From: Octopus sinensis
Lineage: Eukaryota
Direction: 5' to 3'
Assembly (NCBI RefSeq): GCF_006345805.1
Contig: NC_043015.1
Location: forward strand, 18,786,001 to 18,850,000
DNA length: 64,000 nucleotides
Shown: in pieces, positions 39,027 to 51,671 of the stretch
Numbering within the stretch: position 1 is the first letter of the stretch
Layout of the letters: each line of letters begins with the position of its first letter
Translations under genes and position numbers: made by a program
Notes under the pieces: generated by a model
What the model was told of the DNA's origin: nothing
Databases searched by the model: none
What the model saw: the letters and a program-made list of their open reading frames with translations, nothing else

Positions 39027-40339
39027 CCGGGTGGGGCAGAGAGGACGGACGTTTATAAAATAGCCATTACTCAACCCCAGTGGGAGGGACATATGTACGG
39101 CAGGTACCATACAGTCGGTGGTGTCTTAGTATTTTTGTTACTTTTCAGGTAAACTGATGGCGCTGTGAACGATAGAGCATCGCGTGTTTGCCTACCACAG
39201 TTACGTGAAGAATAATGAGTCTGTCACAGCAGTTCATCGTGAATTTCGACGCCACTTCAACATTCACCGAAATCAGACTGTTCCCTCTCGTAACACAATT
39301 TTATGTTGGGTGAATACACTTCGTACACGAAGTACACTAATGAATAGGAGACGTCCACTGAACTTGGCATCGGTAATCGATCGGTAAGGTATATTTTGCA
39401 TGAAGACCTGTATTTTTACCCGTACAAATTGGTCATCGGGCAACAATTGAAACCATGGGACTATGCACAGCGGCTTAGCTTCGCACGTCAAATGGAAACA
39501 ATTTTTGAGGCAAATGACGACCTCATTTTGTTAATGCGTGATTAGGCTCATTTTCATTTCAATGGCATGGGGAATCAACAGAACTGTCATTAGTGACCTC
39601 TTGAAAATCCGAGAGAACTGCACGAAAGACTACTTCACAGCCCAAAAGTGACGGCCTAGTGTACTGTTGGAAAAGCTACCGTCATTGGTCCTTATCTTTT
39701 TGAAGATAATAATGGAAATGCTGTTACTGTGAACTCCGAGCGTTACATCGAGATGATTAACAACTTTGTGCCTGAATTACGACGAAAACATATATATATT
39801 CGACGTGTGTGGTTTCAGCAGGATGGGGCGAGGGCGAACACAGCCAGAACATCAATAGACGCTTTACTCCCGCTTTTCGGTGACCGCCTTATTTCAAGGT
39901 TTGCTGACATTCCTTTGTCCCTTCGGTCCCCTGATTTGTCCAGGTGTGACTATTTTTTATGGGGTAGGCATCAAGGAACGTGGGTATGCGTATTAGGCCT
40001 GTATATAGAACAATTTGAAGGAAGTTATTCGCGTGGAAGTCGCCCAAATCAACAAAGCAATGCTGGAGAGAGTGGAAGCCAACTTCCAAGAACGCCTTCA
40101 GAAATATATCAATGGAAACGGACATCACATGATGGATGTTGTTCTCCACACTTGATTTTGACAAATGCGTATGCGAGTGTGTGAGTGCATATGTGTGTAT
40201 GTGTGTGTATTAATGCATTTGTATGTTTGCCCGTAAGTGTTTCTGTTTACTAACACATTGATGTCAATAAAATTTGTTTGCAGCTAAAATTAATGATTTT
40301 GTGAGTTTTTCAAACGACCGTCCTCTCTGCCCCACCCTA
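39027..40339 (+). mobile_element. IS630-Tc1-mariner element (maT-like), full length but disrupted
   Basis: TIR gggtggggcagagaggacgg at both ends; HRVFAYHSYVKNNES, VWFQQDGA and RSPDLSRCDYFLWG. Confidence 0.9.
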
Positions 40340-41169
40340 TATTAGAAAGAAGACATATCAAAAATAAAAGTAGCGTCAAAGTGCTGGAGAGAGTGAAAGA
40401 CAGCTGCACTCCATAAGGTAGAGGGAAGATTGAGATGAGAAGAGATGAGAAATAAACAAGAAACAATGTATAGAAGCGAGATAAAGAAACAAAAGTAAAT
40501 AGCAGTAGGTTATTCTACAAGCCCAAATCCCCAACTTTATTTTTAAATTCTAGCAAGAATATTCTACCTTAAGAATATTCTATCTTTAAAATATTCTAGG
40601 ATTCTCCGCTCTCATTTTTCATTCTATATATTTTTATATGTCTGTATTTGTAATTTGTGTACAAATTTCTAGGCAGTATGATGAGAGATGTATGAAGGAA
40701 GAATATGAATGTGTAATGAGTAGGGATCGGAGTGTTTACAAGCATGGACATTATTTTGCTTCTCTGTGTGTTCTAACTGCTTAACATCGACAAAAGGTTC
40801 ATAAAAATGGTCTAATGTCATTCAATGGTAAACGCTTTGATCTATATTGATTTTATTTTTATATCTTTTATTACGATTAATTCACTTGAATCTTATATGA
40901 TGTACCAAATGAAGGCTTTGACTTATCCATCTACTTGCATGTTGTTGACCACCAATTAAAATGATATAAATATATGTTGCAGTGCAGGTTTACTTCAAAG
41001 GTTGACCATTTTGACAAAGCAAGAAGTCTGAGGAAGTGAGCAAACTATAGTATTTCTATATATTAAATGTAATACGTATTTTATGTGATATCAAATAAAG
41101 ATATCAGTCGTTTACAGAAACGATTTAACTTCTCCTTTACTCACTTAAATCATATACATACATATATGA

Positions 41170-41331
41170 GTGGAAAGCGTGGCTGTGTGGTAAGAAGTTC
41201 GCTTTCCAACCACACGGTTCCGGGTTCATGATTCAATCCCACTGCATGGTACGTTGGTCGAGTGTCTTCTACTAAAGCCACGGTCTACCAAAGCCTTGTA
41301 GATGGATTTGGGAGCTGAAGGAAGCCCGTCG

Positions 41332-41335
<4 letters not shown>
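41170..41335 (+). mobile_element. 5' half of a SINE (37735 family)
   Basis: gcgtggctgtgtggtaagaag...gagtgtcttctact...gaagcccgtcgtata. Confidence 0.75.
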
Positions 41336-41400
<65 letters not shown>

Positions 41401-41403
<3 letters not shown>

Positions 41404-41925
41404 GGTAATAAAGAGTAATATCAGGGTAATAAAGAGAGAATCTATCCCTAATTAGTGGTTTGGACTTTAACTGTTCTTCTAGCTTAAAGGATTCCTATGA
41501 TGGAAGCCTCTTAATGGGTTTTAATGTACACTGTATTTTATATGAATAATATATAGTCTATTGACTAACTTTTTGTACGCTAGGCACTGGTAGTAGTAGA
41601 AATTTCTATAATTTTTATTACCCTGATATTATTAAAATGTACAAGCAATGAAACAATATGCTGGATTGGCCTCATTTTTTGTATATTTAATCTAAGGCGT
41701 CCCTCTTGATGAAGACTTCGCCTTGGTAAATAATAATTTGTATTTACTAAAATAAGTCAAAAACCATGGTCCAGGAATTAGATGGTAAATCTTTTTAATT
41801 TTCATTCCCTTCGAGAATCTATCCCTAATTAGTGGTTTGGACTTTAACTGTTCTTTCTAGCGTAAAGGATTCCTATGATGGAAGCCTCTTAATGTGTTTT
41901 AATATACATTGTATATATATTATAT

Positions 41926-41967
<42 letters not shown>

Positions 41968-42480
41968 ATATCAGGGTAATAAAGAGTAATATCAGGGTAA
42001 TAAAGAGAGAATCTATCCCTAATTAGTGGTTTGGACTTTAACTGTTCTTTCTAGCTTAAAGGATTCCTATGATGGAAGCCTCTTAATGGGTTTTAATGTA
42101 CACTGTATTTTATATGAATAATATATAGTCTATTGACTAACTTTTTGTACGCTAGGCCACTGGTAGTAGAAATTTCTATAATTTTTATTACCCTGATATT
42201 ATTAAAATGTACAAGCAATGAAACATATGCTGGATTGGCCTCATTTTTTGTATATTTAATCTAAGGCGTCCCTCTTGATGAAGACTTCGCCTTGGTAAAT
42301 AATAATTTGTATTTACTAAAATAAGTCAAAAACCATGGTCCAGGAATTAGATGGTAAATCTTTTTAATTTTCATTCCCTTCGAGAATCTATCCCTAATTA
42401 GTGGTTTGGACTTTAACTGTTCTTTCTAGCGTAAAGGATTCCTATGATGGAAGCCTCTTAATGTGGTTTAATATACATTG

Positions 42481-42485
<5 letters not shown>
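41401..42485. repeat. Tandem duplication (period ~569 bp); each copy has ~100-bp terminal direct repeats (period 377 bp)
   Basis: 41401-41915 matches 41972-42485; gagaatctatccctaattag... at 41436 and 41813. Confidence 0.9.
41701..41775 (+). ncRNA. Decayed hammerhead motif (second copy at 42270-42344)
   Basis: TTGATGA a gactt...aagtc AAAA C-CATG-G TC cagg; C3 and G12 mutated. Confidence 0.4.
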
Positions 42486-42511
<26 letters not shown>

Positions 42512-42529
42512 ATATATATAATATCTATA

Positions 42530-42560
<31 letters not shown>

Positions 42561-42606
42561 GTGGTGTGTGTGTGTGTGTGTGTATAAAGATAAATAAATA
42601 GATGTA

Positions 42607-42848
42607 TATACTGTTGTATCTGGGGAGAGTCATTTTCTTTTTGTACCTTATAATGTAACACACTCACTGGTAAAATTTCCACTTTTTTCTTATTTTTATT
42701 TTCCTAAAAGAGTCAAAACTATTGAAAAGGTTGCAAGGCGCAACGAAAATTTTAGAAAAATAAAGATAAGGAAAAAGTGGAAATTTTACCGGTGAGTGTG
42801 TTACAAGGCACAAAAAGAAATTGACTCTCCCCAGACACAACAGAATAT
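42607..42848. mobile_element. Fold-back pLTR-like repeat; a third partial copy lies at 43688-43822
   Basis: ctgttgtatctggggagagtca...ggaaa is inverted to ...tgactctccccagacacaacag. Confidence 0.8.
42719..42755 (+). ncRNA. Candidate ultra-minimal hammerhead with U3:A8 core
   Basis: cta TTGAAAA g gttgc-aaggc-gcaac GAAA AT TT tag; helix I only 3 bp. Confidence 0.35.
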
Positions 42849-42903
42849 GCTTCAACACACGAACTCATATAAAGAATCTTGCAAACCAAATCAAAAAAAT
42901 GAA

Positions 42904-42936
<33 letters not shown>

Positions 42937-43144
42937 TATGTGAAATAGAAAGATGAATAATCTTGTAGTAGATTAATCAAAAGTTTAACCGATACCTTAG
43001 TAGCAAAAATCACAGCAGTAAACAGCACGGTGGGAGGTACAACCATATGGTGTTGCAACCGTGCGTTGGTGCGGATAATTGAAATTAAACATATTGGTGA
43101 ATTGAAGAAATGGAGCTGAACGCAGATTGAACAGAAATCGTTTT

Positions 43145-43236
43145 ATTCCATTCTACACGTGTTTCGAAAGGCACAAATTACCAAAATCCGATTGAATAAT
43201 GGGACCATATTGTGTCTTTCTCTTCAGGAAGAAAAT
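43145..43236 (-). ncRNA. Type I hammerhead ribozyme
   Basis: Reverse complement reads attttcttc CTGAAGA gaaagacacaa...ttgtgcctttc GAAA C-ACGT-G TA gaatggaat. Confidence 0.75.
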
Positions 43237-43320
43237 AGGAAATCCGTTGGAAAAACAAAAACAGAACAGAGGCGGAGCAAAAACAAATCGAACTATGCTC
43301 CTAAGAGCCCATGGCGAAAC

Positions 43321-43380
43321 TGTTTATCAGTGTATGTTGAGAACCGGTGGCCACCGGTTCTCAACATACACTGATAAACA
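43321..43380. repeat. Perfect 60-bp palindrome with no spacer
   Basis: tgtttatcagtgtatgttgagaaccggtgg followed by its exact reverse complement. Confidence 0.98.
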
Positions 43381-43435
43381 CTGATAAACTGGAGTTCCGA
43401 GACAAACTCTCAGTTTCAATTTCAATAAAGGAAAT

Positions 43436-43468
<33 letters not shown>

Positions 43469-43651
43469 TACACCACACACACATACCCACACCTACACAT
43501 ACACACACATACACAAATGTGTGTGCATGAGGGATGGTTACAAACTTGTATGTAAAAAAACTGAATATCTGGTTCTTATATGGCTCTCACTTTCGACCTT
43601 TGTATGTATGATCGTATGTTTTATGTAATAAATCATATATCCATGAATACT

Positions 43652-43691
<40 letters not shown>

Positions 43692-43828
43692 CTGTTGTGT
43701 CTGGGGAGAGTCATTTTCTTTTTGTGCCTTATAATGTAACACACTCACCGGTAAAATTTCCACTTATTTCTTATTTTTATTTTCCTAAAATTTTCGTCGC
43801 GTTTTGCAACCTTTTCAATCGTCAAAAA

Positions 43829-43907
<79 letters not shown>

Positions 43908-43923
43908 CGCGCGCGTGTGTGTA

Positions 43924-44845
43924 TTGGGTCATCCCCTAAATAATGCGGTTTTTTATACTTCTTTTGTCTTTCAAAATTAAGATACCTTCATTTTCTACAA
44001 TGCTCTTCCATCTATCTGGTAGACTTACAAGGCCTACTTCCGAAATTCACTTGTTTGTCACGAAAAATACTCTTCTTTAACTATCCTGGCCTCGTCTACA
44101 GAATTCATATTTTTTCCGTCTAAATGATTTTGAAGACTGCAGAATAAATGACAATCAGATAGAACAATATCCGGCGAATATGGTGGGTGGGGCATCGTTT
44201 CCCATTGAAACTGATCCAGCCTTTGGAATGTCATCCTCGCTGTATGTTGCCGAGCATTATCTTGATGGAAAAACACTTTTCGTCTTGAAACCAAAGATGG
44301 TCATTTTTCTTCTAGCGCTGACTTAAACCATCCAAGCTGATCGCAGCATATCTACTTTGTTATCGTTTGGTTTGGGTTTAAAAATTCAAAGTAGATTAAA
44401 CCTTTCATGTCCCACCAAACTGATAACAAAACCTTACGTGGGTGAAGATCTTCAGCCTGGAGCTTCTGGTGTTTCCCCTTTCTTTACCTACTGTCTTCGG
44501 TGCTTGACATTTTTATAGAGAACTCATTTTTCGTCACCAATCGCTATTCGGTCCATAAACGAATATCGTGAGACATGACAGCAAAGAAGAGCACATATTC
44601 ACTTTCTGTGCGCGATTAGATTCGGAATGTTTGTGAGGAACCCATTGACCCAATTTGCTGACTTTTCCGATGGCACGCAGGTATCGAGGAATGGTCGAAT
44701 GACCAAAACCAAGCTTCTCTGTTAGTTTCTTCAGTAGTTTCGTTGGGATTTTCTTCCACCAGGATTTGCAGGACGTCCTAGTCGAATTCTACAGATCTTC
44801 TAAGACGAGGCTCGTCTTCTAGGCTGTAGTTTCCGGCACGGAATT
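43924..44845 (-). mobile_element. 5'-truncated mariner (DD34D)
   Basis: VFFHQDNARQHTA and HPPYSPDIVLSDCHLFCSLQN; TIR-like ta-ttgggtcatcccc at 43922. Confidence 0.85.
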
Positions 44846-45000
44846 GATTCTCGTATGGGCAGAAGGCCTGAAATTTAGGGTGAAGGACTTAGTCAATATC
44901 ATTGACTCGTACTTGACTGGTACTTTTTTTATCGACCCTAGGTGGATGACAGGCAAGGTTGACATCAGTATTTTTGAACTCAGAACGTTAGGAACTGGAA
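44845..45000. mobile_element. SINE-like fragment
   Basis: acttgactggtacttttttatcgaccc...ggcaaggttgac...tttgaactcagaacg recognised as a common repeat segment. Confidence 0.4.
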
Positions 45001-46014
45001 CTATTTATCAATCCAAGGCTCTGGATTATTTCAATAGCATAACTTTTTATTGTTACTATAGTGCAACAACAGTGACAAAATACTAATCTCCGTAACGTCA
45101 GCTAACTGTAAGTTTTGCATGTATGGTTATATGTAGATAGATTTATGTATGCAGGTATACCTTTCAAAATTTGAATATAACATAGGTGTACCTTTAAAAG
45201 TATGCTTATATTTTGTCCAAATATTTAAGTGATTTAAAATGTTTACCTCTCAAATCAACTATAATTAAATTAGAAAAAAAGTTTAATGTTTTGAAGTAAT
45301 TATTTATTTTCAAATAATTTCATTAAAAATTTATTGCAAATTTAAACAACATTCGCATTTATTGTCTGCAAAACGTAATTACAATTTCTTTCTAATTAGT
45401 TGCTAAGATATTAGTGTGTACTCGCAAAATGATCTTTGTTAGAAAATGCTCAAAAATATTCAAAGTAGGTAAGTTTCAGTACTCCTATTACTCCTGGGTT
45501 TCCTTGAACCTAATTTCCTTATGAAGTTACATGTTGACTGAATTTAGAAATGTGTAACATTGCTGCTAGATTTGTGGTCTCATACAAATATTCTGCAATG
45601 GATTCATTGTCAAGTCAAAAATGATTCTTCGTCGCCACTCGATCAGCTAAATAAAGCAGCCAAATCGCATACAAATTAGACTTCACTACTATCTTTATAA
45701 AATAACGGGATAGAATAATATGTTTCTAGATAACTCAACAGTACAGAATGATCGGGACTTTCATGGTTGTCTTATACTTTATTTAACGGCTTTTCACTAT
45801 CATTGTATATCATATCATTTGATCCATTTACTTATTTTTATTTTTCCGTTTCATTTTTTGATTCACTGCAACTCACCTTATTACATTTATGAAATGAATC
45901 CTACATTATAAATCAGTTCTTCGTGTAGACGAGAAACACACTACAACTGCCAAATTCGATTCTAATATAAATAAGCAAAACGGAGCTTAAATAAAACGAG
46001 GTACCTTTTGACAA

Positions 46015-46119
46015 GTCACCTGATGAGACATATCTGCACCTTCGATGCACCACAACTGTTTGTATAGCACCTCACCATCGAGGCACCGGTGCAGGAGTGG
46101 TCGAAACGATCGTACTGAA
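46015..46119 (+). ncRNA. Type I hammerhead motif with partly decayed helix I
   Basis: CTGATGA(46020-26) gac...gtc GAAA(46103-06) C-GATC-G TA ctga. Confidence 0.55.
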
Positions 46120-46310
46120 TAATAAGGAATTTGAGATATTCCATTTTCTTTCACTCATATATTTTATAAACTCTGCGGATACGAAGGAATTCCAGAAGTA
46201 AATCCAGTGACATGTTCCGTCATACTGTTGGTAACATCAGGTTGCAGAATACTGTGAACGGGCTTTAAACGGCATACTACAAGGTGTATGCCGGAATATA
46301 AAATTACACA

Positions 46311-46348
<38 letters not shown>

Positions 46349-46444
46349 TACATATATAGATATACATGCTTATATTGTTTACATTGCTTATATATATACA
46401 TATATATATATATATATGTATGTATGTATATATATATATGTGTG

Positions 46445-46484
<40 letters not shown>

Positions 46485-46884
46485 GTTGTGTATATATACC
46501 AAAGCATACATCATACTATGTAATATGCTTTTGGAGAATAAATAATAAATAAACTTAGTGAATAAATTGACAATGAATGGAACGATATAGCACAAACTTG
46601 TTTATTATCAGTGATACAAAATAAAATAAAATAAAAATACTGTATTTTTTAATCTAATTTTTAACATCCTCATTTTAATGGAATTATTCAATCTTGATTG
46701 GCATTATTCTCATTTTGAACGGAATTATTCCATTTTGAATAAAATTATTGAATGTGAAATGGAATATAGTTTCATATGTGCCAACGCTACTTCTACCAAA
46801 TATTAATATATATATGTGACCGCGTGTGTATCGTTGGCGATTTTCTTTCTCCGACTTACCTTCCTCGGGCCTTTCCTTTTTCTA

Positions 46885-46922
46885 TGCTTCTGACGAAGAG
46901 CTCCGCTCGAAACGTTATTTCT
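46885..46922 (+). ncRNA. Minimal hammerhead-like motif in a pLTR-type repeat
   Basis: CTGACGA a gagc-tcc-gctc GAAA CG TT; zero-loop palindromic helix III; helix I weak. Confidence 0.45.
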
Positions 46923-47095
46923 TCCTCCTTTCTTTCCTTTCCTGAGCGTCCAATAACACTATACTTATTCCACGTCCTCGCGTTATGTTTTCTCTTTGTG
47001 TTTTCATGTTTGGATTAACTATATATATATATATATACATATTTTCATATTTTGAGTTGTATTTTTCCTGTTTGCATAACCATACTTATATATAT

Positions 47096-47128
<33 letters not shown>

Positions 47129-47220
47129 TTATATCATATATCTATCTATCTCTATATCTATCTATCTCTCTATCTATCTATCTCTCTCTCTATATATCTC
47201 TCTCTATCTCTATCTCTCTT

Positions 47221-47371
<151 letters not shown>

Positions 47372-47440
47372 TAAAGCAAAACTGAAAAGGCAAAACTTAA
47401 CAAATAGCTATGTAATAAAAAGTTATATATAGTCTATAAA

Positions 47441-47816
47441 AGCTGTTTCTAGAATATCCCAGCTATTGGAACATCATGTAGAGCGAAGATTTCAGATGCT
47501 GAGCATACCGTCATCGGAGAGAGATACATTAAGAAACACTGGATGAATATCATTCATTAACGACATTATTGTGGTTCATTTTGTATAGAAAGTGAGTGGG
47601 GGAGAAATCCAATTGAAATTGGATTTTAATTGGATTATTAACTGGATTCCTTCACCCTTTCTAGACAAAATGAACCACAATGATATCATTAACGAGAAAT
47701 GTTCAGCCACTGCTATATATAATTAACTTATCTCACTCCGATGACGGTTTAATCGGCCTATGAAATTCTCGATCTGCACGGTGTTCCAATAGCTGGAATA
47801 TTATAGAAACAGCTGT
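47441..47816. repeat. Diverged fold-back (inverted) repeat
   Basis: gctgtttctagaatatcccagctattggaac...accgtcatcggag is inverted to ctccgatgacggt...gttccaatagctggaatattatagaaacagc. Confidence 0.8.
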
Positions 47817-47959
47817 TAGCGATTATGTGAAACTTTTTATTATGTAGCTATATTAGATGTCCTTGTCAAGTCTTGCAAAAATAACAACTAAAGGAAACTC
47901 TTAGGTTGTGCCTGTTAAATAAATGCCTGCATCTAGGTGTGTGTGTGTGTGTGAAATGC

Positions 47960-48420
47960 TTATCTATCAATCTGAGGAAAATCCTTCCCACACAAGTGTT
48001 CACGTTGAGTGAGAAAGATGGAGCAAACTAAACGATGTTTCTGCGGCACATCGTTTTCCAGTGATTGGGCCTGGCATGTAGGAGATGCAGTTCTTAAACC
48101 CACTCGATGCCAGTGCCTCATTGTAGTAGGAGGTGGGGGAAGCGGCGTCAAAGATATTTTGGCCCGAGGATAGATTCGAGATCTACTTACACCCTTCACT
48201 AGGTTCTTGAATACCATAGGTAGGTGGCAGGAGGCTGTGTTAATATAAGACGGCTGCTCGTTTGGCTTGTGATAGGGCCTGTATGTACCAGAGCCCAGAT
48301 GTAAAGTAACATCTAAGAAATCTACTGTGGTGAGATTAAGTCTTAATGGTGAGCTTGAGTTCCATTGAGCCTCGAATTCCTTGACTCTAGGTGGGAACTT
48401 CCAAGACTTGATACCGTACG
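47960..48420 (-). mobile_element. Decayed Penelope-like RT C-terminal/thumb region
   Basis: VDFLDVTLHLGSGTYRPYHKPNEQPSYINTASCHLPMVFKNL matches the PLE pattern. Confidence 0.75.
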
Positions 48421-49373
48421 TGTTGGTTTCGAAGGGGGCATGCTTTAATCATAGAAAAACGCCTTCCACCTCATGCGCCTTATAAGGTATCATGTGTCCT
48501 TTAATTAGTATAATTTTAATTCCATAGCTACATAACGCTGATTTAGATCTGCAACCATCTATATTAATATTGTTGTTATTATGGACTATTTGTATTGACT
48601 TCGATAATAATAACAATATTAGTATCTATACAAATGTTCGATTCTGAATATTTTTGCTGCTGATATATATATAATATATATATATATATACATACATGCA
48701 CGTATATATACAAAAATGTATACATCGATATTTAGACATACATACATTAGCGAATTATATCGCACAACTGGTAGTAAAACTACCTTCTTCCATTGAACAT
48801 ATTTTAACCCTGTGAAAGGTTGGCATTTTTCAATATGTCGATTCATTCTATTCTTACCATTTATGGTAATACATGAAGTCATCAGAAGCTGTCTCGAATT
48901 TCTTGTACTTTTGTTGATTGTTGTTTCAGGCTATATTACAGCTAAAGAACTGCGATAAGAATCTATGCACGGCGTATACAAGAGTTATCTGTAAATAATT
49001 CTGTTGTTATTCTATAAATACTGCGTAATGGTTATATTGCGGACATTGTCAAGTCTTTTTTTGTTATTAAAATTTCGAAGACCGTATCATCACTTCAAAC
49101 TTAACTGATAGTGTGGACATATGTAACTTTGCATCAAGTATATATGAAGATGTCTCATGTAAGTTCTGTGCAGATAACTGAGTATATATGTGTACCTTGC
49201 TTGTATCGATGTGCATATCTATTTCTTTATTGTGAGCTTTGCCCTATAGCTTAGTGTATATCTTCAAATTTCATAGAAAATGTATCTATATACTTTTCTC
49301 TCTTCTCCATGCATTTACACACGCACGCACGCACCCACACACATTCACACACACCCAAACAGACACACGCACA

Positions 49374-49417
<44 letters not shown>

Positions 49418-49891
49418 AACAAACAAACAAAGAATTGTGTGTGTGAATAAGTGTCTCTGTTATCGTTTTTCCGTCGTCAGTTTTCATTTTTTTTTAGTTA
49501 TCTTTATTGATTTTGAATATCGATAAATATTAAGCAGTATAGAATATCGTGATGATTTAAAATATTTCCTAATACAAACATCTGGCTGAGATTAGCTTAC
49601 TCCGATGAGTATAGTGATAGTATCTCAATAATACTTTAGAGGAAAGCAAGGCAGCTGATTTTTTTCCTTTTCAATTGCAAAGGTGAATTTAAAAGAAAAA
49701 TGTTGCACAACAGGATATTTTAAATTGTTGAAGGAGAGCTATAAATGATCTATATGGTTGTATATACCTCCAACATATTTCTCCATCCCCATCCTTATAT
49801 ATATATATATTTACATAGTTGAAATTTACAGAAAAATAAAAGACGAAGACAAACAGGTGTATTAGTTTAATGCTCGGGAAGGTGACAAAGT

Positions 49892-49927
49892 CTTTTACGT
49901 TTCGAGCCTACGCTTTTCAACAGAAAG
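49892..49927 (-). ncRNA. Decayed minimal hammerhead (related to 46885)
   Basis: Reverse complement reads cttt CTGTTGA a aagc-gtag-gctc GAAA CG TA aaag. Confidence 0.4.
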
Positions 49928-50046
49928 GAACACGAGGAAATAAAGAGAAAAAACTCTAAAGCACCATACAACACTATACAAACATCAGTTGGTGACGTCA
50001 CCTAACTCTAGACCAATGAAATATATATGTATAAATATATATATAT

Positions 50047-51383
50047 AGGGGCTGAACAAAATAATGGAAACACCTTAAAATTTCAAACAAATTAATTTTA
50101 CTATGGAGCATGACCGCCTTTGGCAGTAATTACAGCTTGAATTCTACGAGGTATGGACTCGTACAAAGTTTGAATTGTTGCCAAATGAATTTTTGTCTAT
50201 TCTTCAGCTAAAACAGTCTCCAGTTCTTGTAGTGATGATGGTGGAGGAGATAGACTCCTTACTTGTTTTTCTAAAATGCACCATAAATGTTCAATAATGT
50301 TGAGATCTGGGGACTGTGGTGGCCAGATAAGATGTTCGACTTCACTAGAATGTTCCTCGTGCCATTCAGTAACAACTTTAGCTGTGTGAATTATTGCATT
50401 ATCATCCTGAAAGATTGCGTTTCCCTCTGGAAACAGTTCCACAACCATAGGATGAATTTGATAGGATAAGATGCTTAAATAATCTGGACTATTAATTATG
50501 CCAAGAAGGGAAACCATTGGACATGCGGATTTCCAAGATATAGCCCACCAGATCATCACAGATCCTTCTTCCTGTTTAACAGTTGGAAGAAAATAGTCTG
50601 GGTCAAATGCTTCTTTTAGGCCGACGGTGCTTAGTAACATCACTACCTGAAAAAATAATTGACTTAAAATCTATGCACCCTGTAGTATTTGCAATAATTT
50701 TTTATCCTCAATTTGTAATATTTCTTTACCTGCAAAACAATGTGGGAAAAACATGCTACACAGGTGGTCGGAAATACGAGAAAAGAAAAATAACATTCTG
50801 TAGGTTTTTACTCCACTCTAAACGCGTTGCAACGTTTGTTTTTAAAAGTAGTGGTTTTCTGATTGCAGCTCTTCCGTGAAATTAGGCTTTGTGCTGCTCC
50901 TAGCGAACAGATTTTGTGGAAACTGGGTTCTAGAGGTGGTCATTAAGCTCTGCAGTAATTTTGGGAGCTGTACTTTTGTGATCCTTTCTAACAATTCGCG
51001 TAAGAGTCCGACGGTCCCTATCTGAAAGTTCTGCTTTTCTTCCAGAGTTTTGTTTCGACGAGGAGGTTTTTCCCTCTTTCACAAAAGATGTCATTACTTT
51101 CGAGACAGCACTTCTTGATACATCAAGCATTTCGGCTGTTTTCGTTATGCTAGCGCCTGCCATACGAGAACTAACAATTTGATAGATCTGTCATTTTAAT
51201 GAATTTAAATCCCCTTTTTCTGATGAAATCTGAAAAGAAACTGCAATTTTCTCAAAACATATTAAGCAACACTAATGATAAAAAAAAAACATAAAAATAA
51301 ATAAGCTTTTGACGGTTTTATAGATATTTCAAAATTATGATGCTATGATGCTAGGTGTTTCCATTATTCTGTCCAACAGCTTT
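50047..51383 (-). mobile_element. Tc1 (DD34E) transposon, disrupted, with a ~140-bp foreign insertion
   Basis: TIRs 50048-50075 and 51353-51382; MAGASITKTAEMLDVSRSAVSKV, FQDDNAIIH and WPPQSPDLNIIEHLW. Confidence 0.92.
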
Positions 51384-51626
51384 ATATTATATATATATAT
51401 TATATATATATATATAATATATATATATATCAGAAATACTAAATTTCTCGTAGAGACATGTACGGTGGTGGGGCGATAGAATGGTTGTATACTGTCAATC
51501 TAACATGAACGTGACTGTATAGCCCTAGGAAGCATCGACGCCTCCTGATGGCTTTGACACATTTTTCCTGTGTCCTTATATACATTTACGAAGGGGAGAC
51601 AAATACCCCCAGCCGTCCGGGCTGCA

Positions 51627-51671
51627 TCTAGGGACACGTGTTTCAGGATGATTGTCTTTCGTCGGCCTAGA
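51627..51671 (-). ncRNA. Type I hammerhead-like motif with a U4C change
   Basis: Reverse complement reads tctagg CCGACGA aag...cct GAAA C-ACGT-G TC cctaga; 6-bp helix I. Confidence 0.55.

Noticed and set aside
48930-48958. EF-hand-like peptide GYITAKELR after a strong acceptor
   Set aside because: Immediately followed by a stop, and no upstream DxDG-encoding exon was found; probably chance
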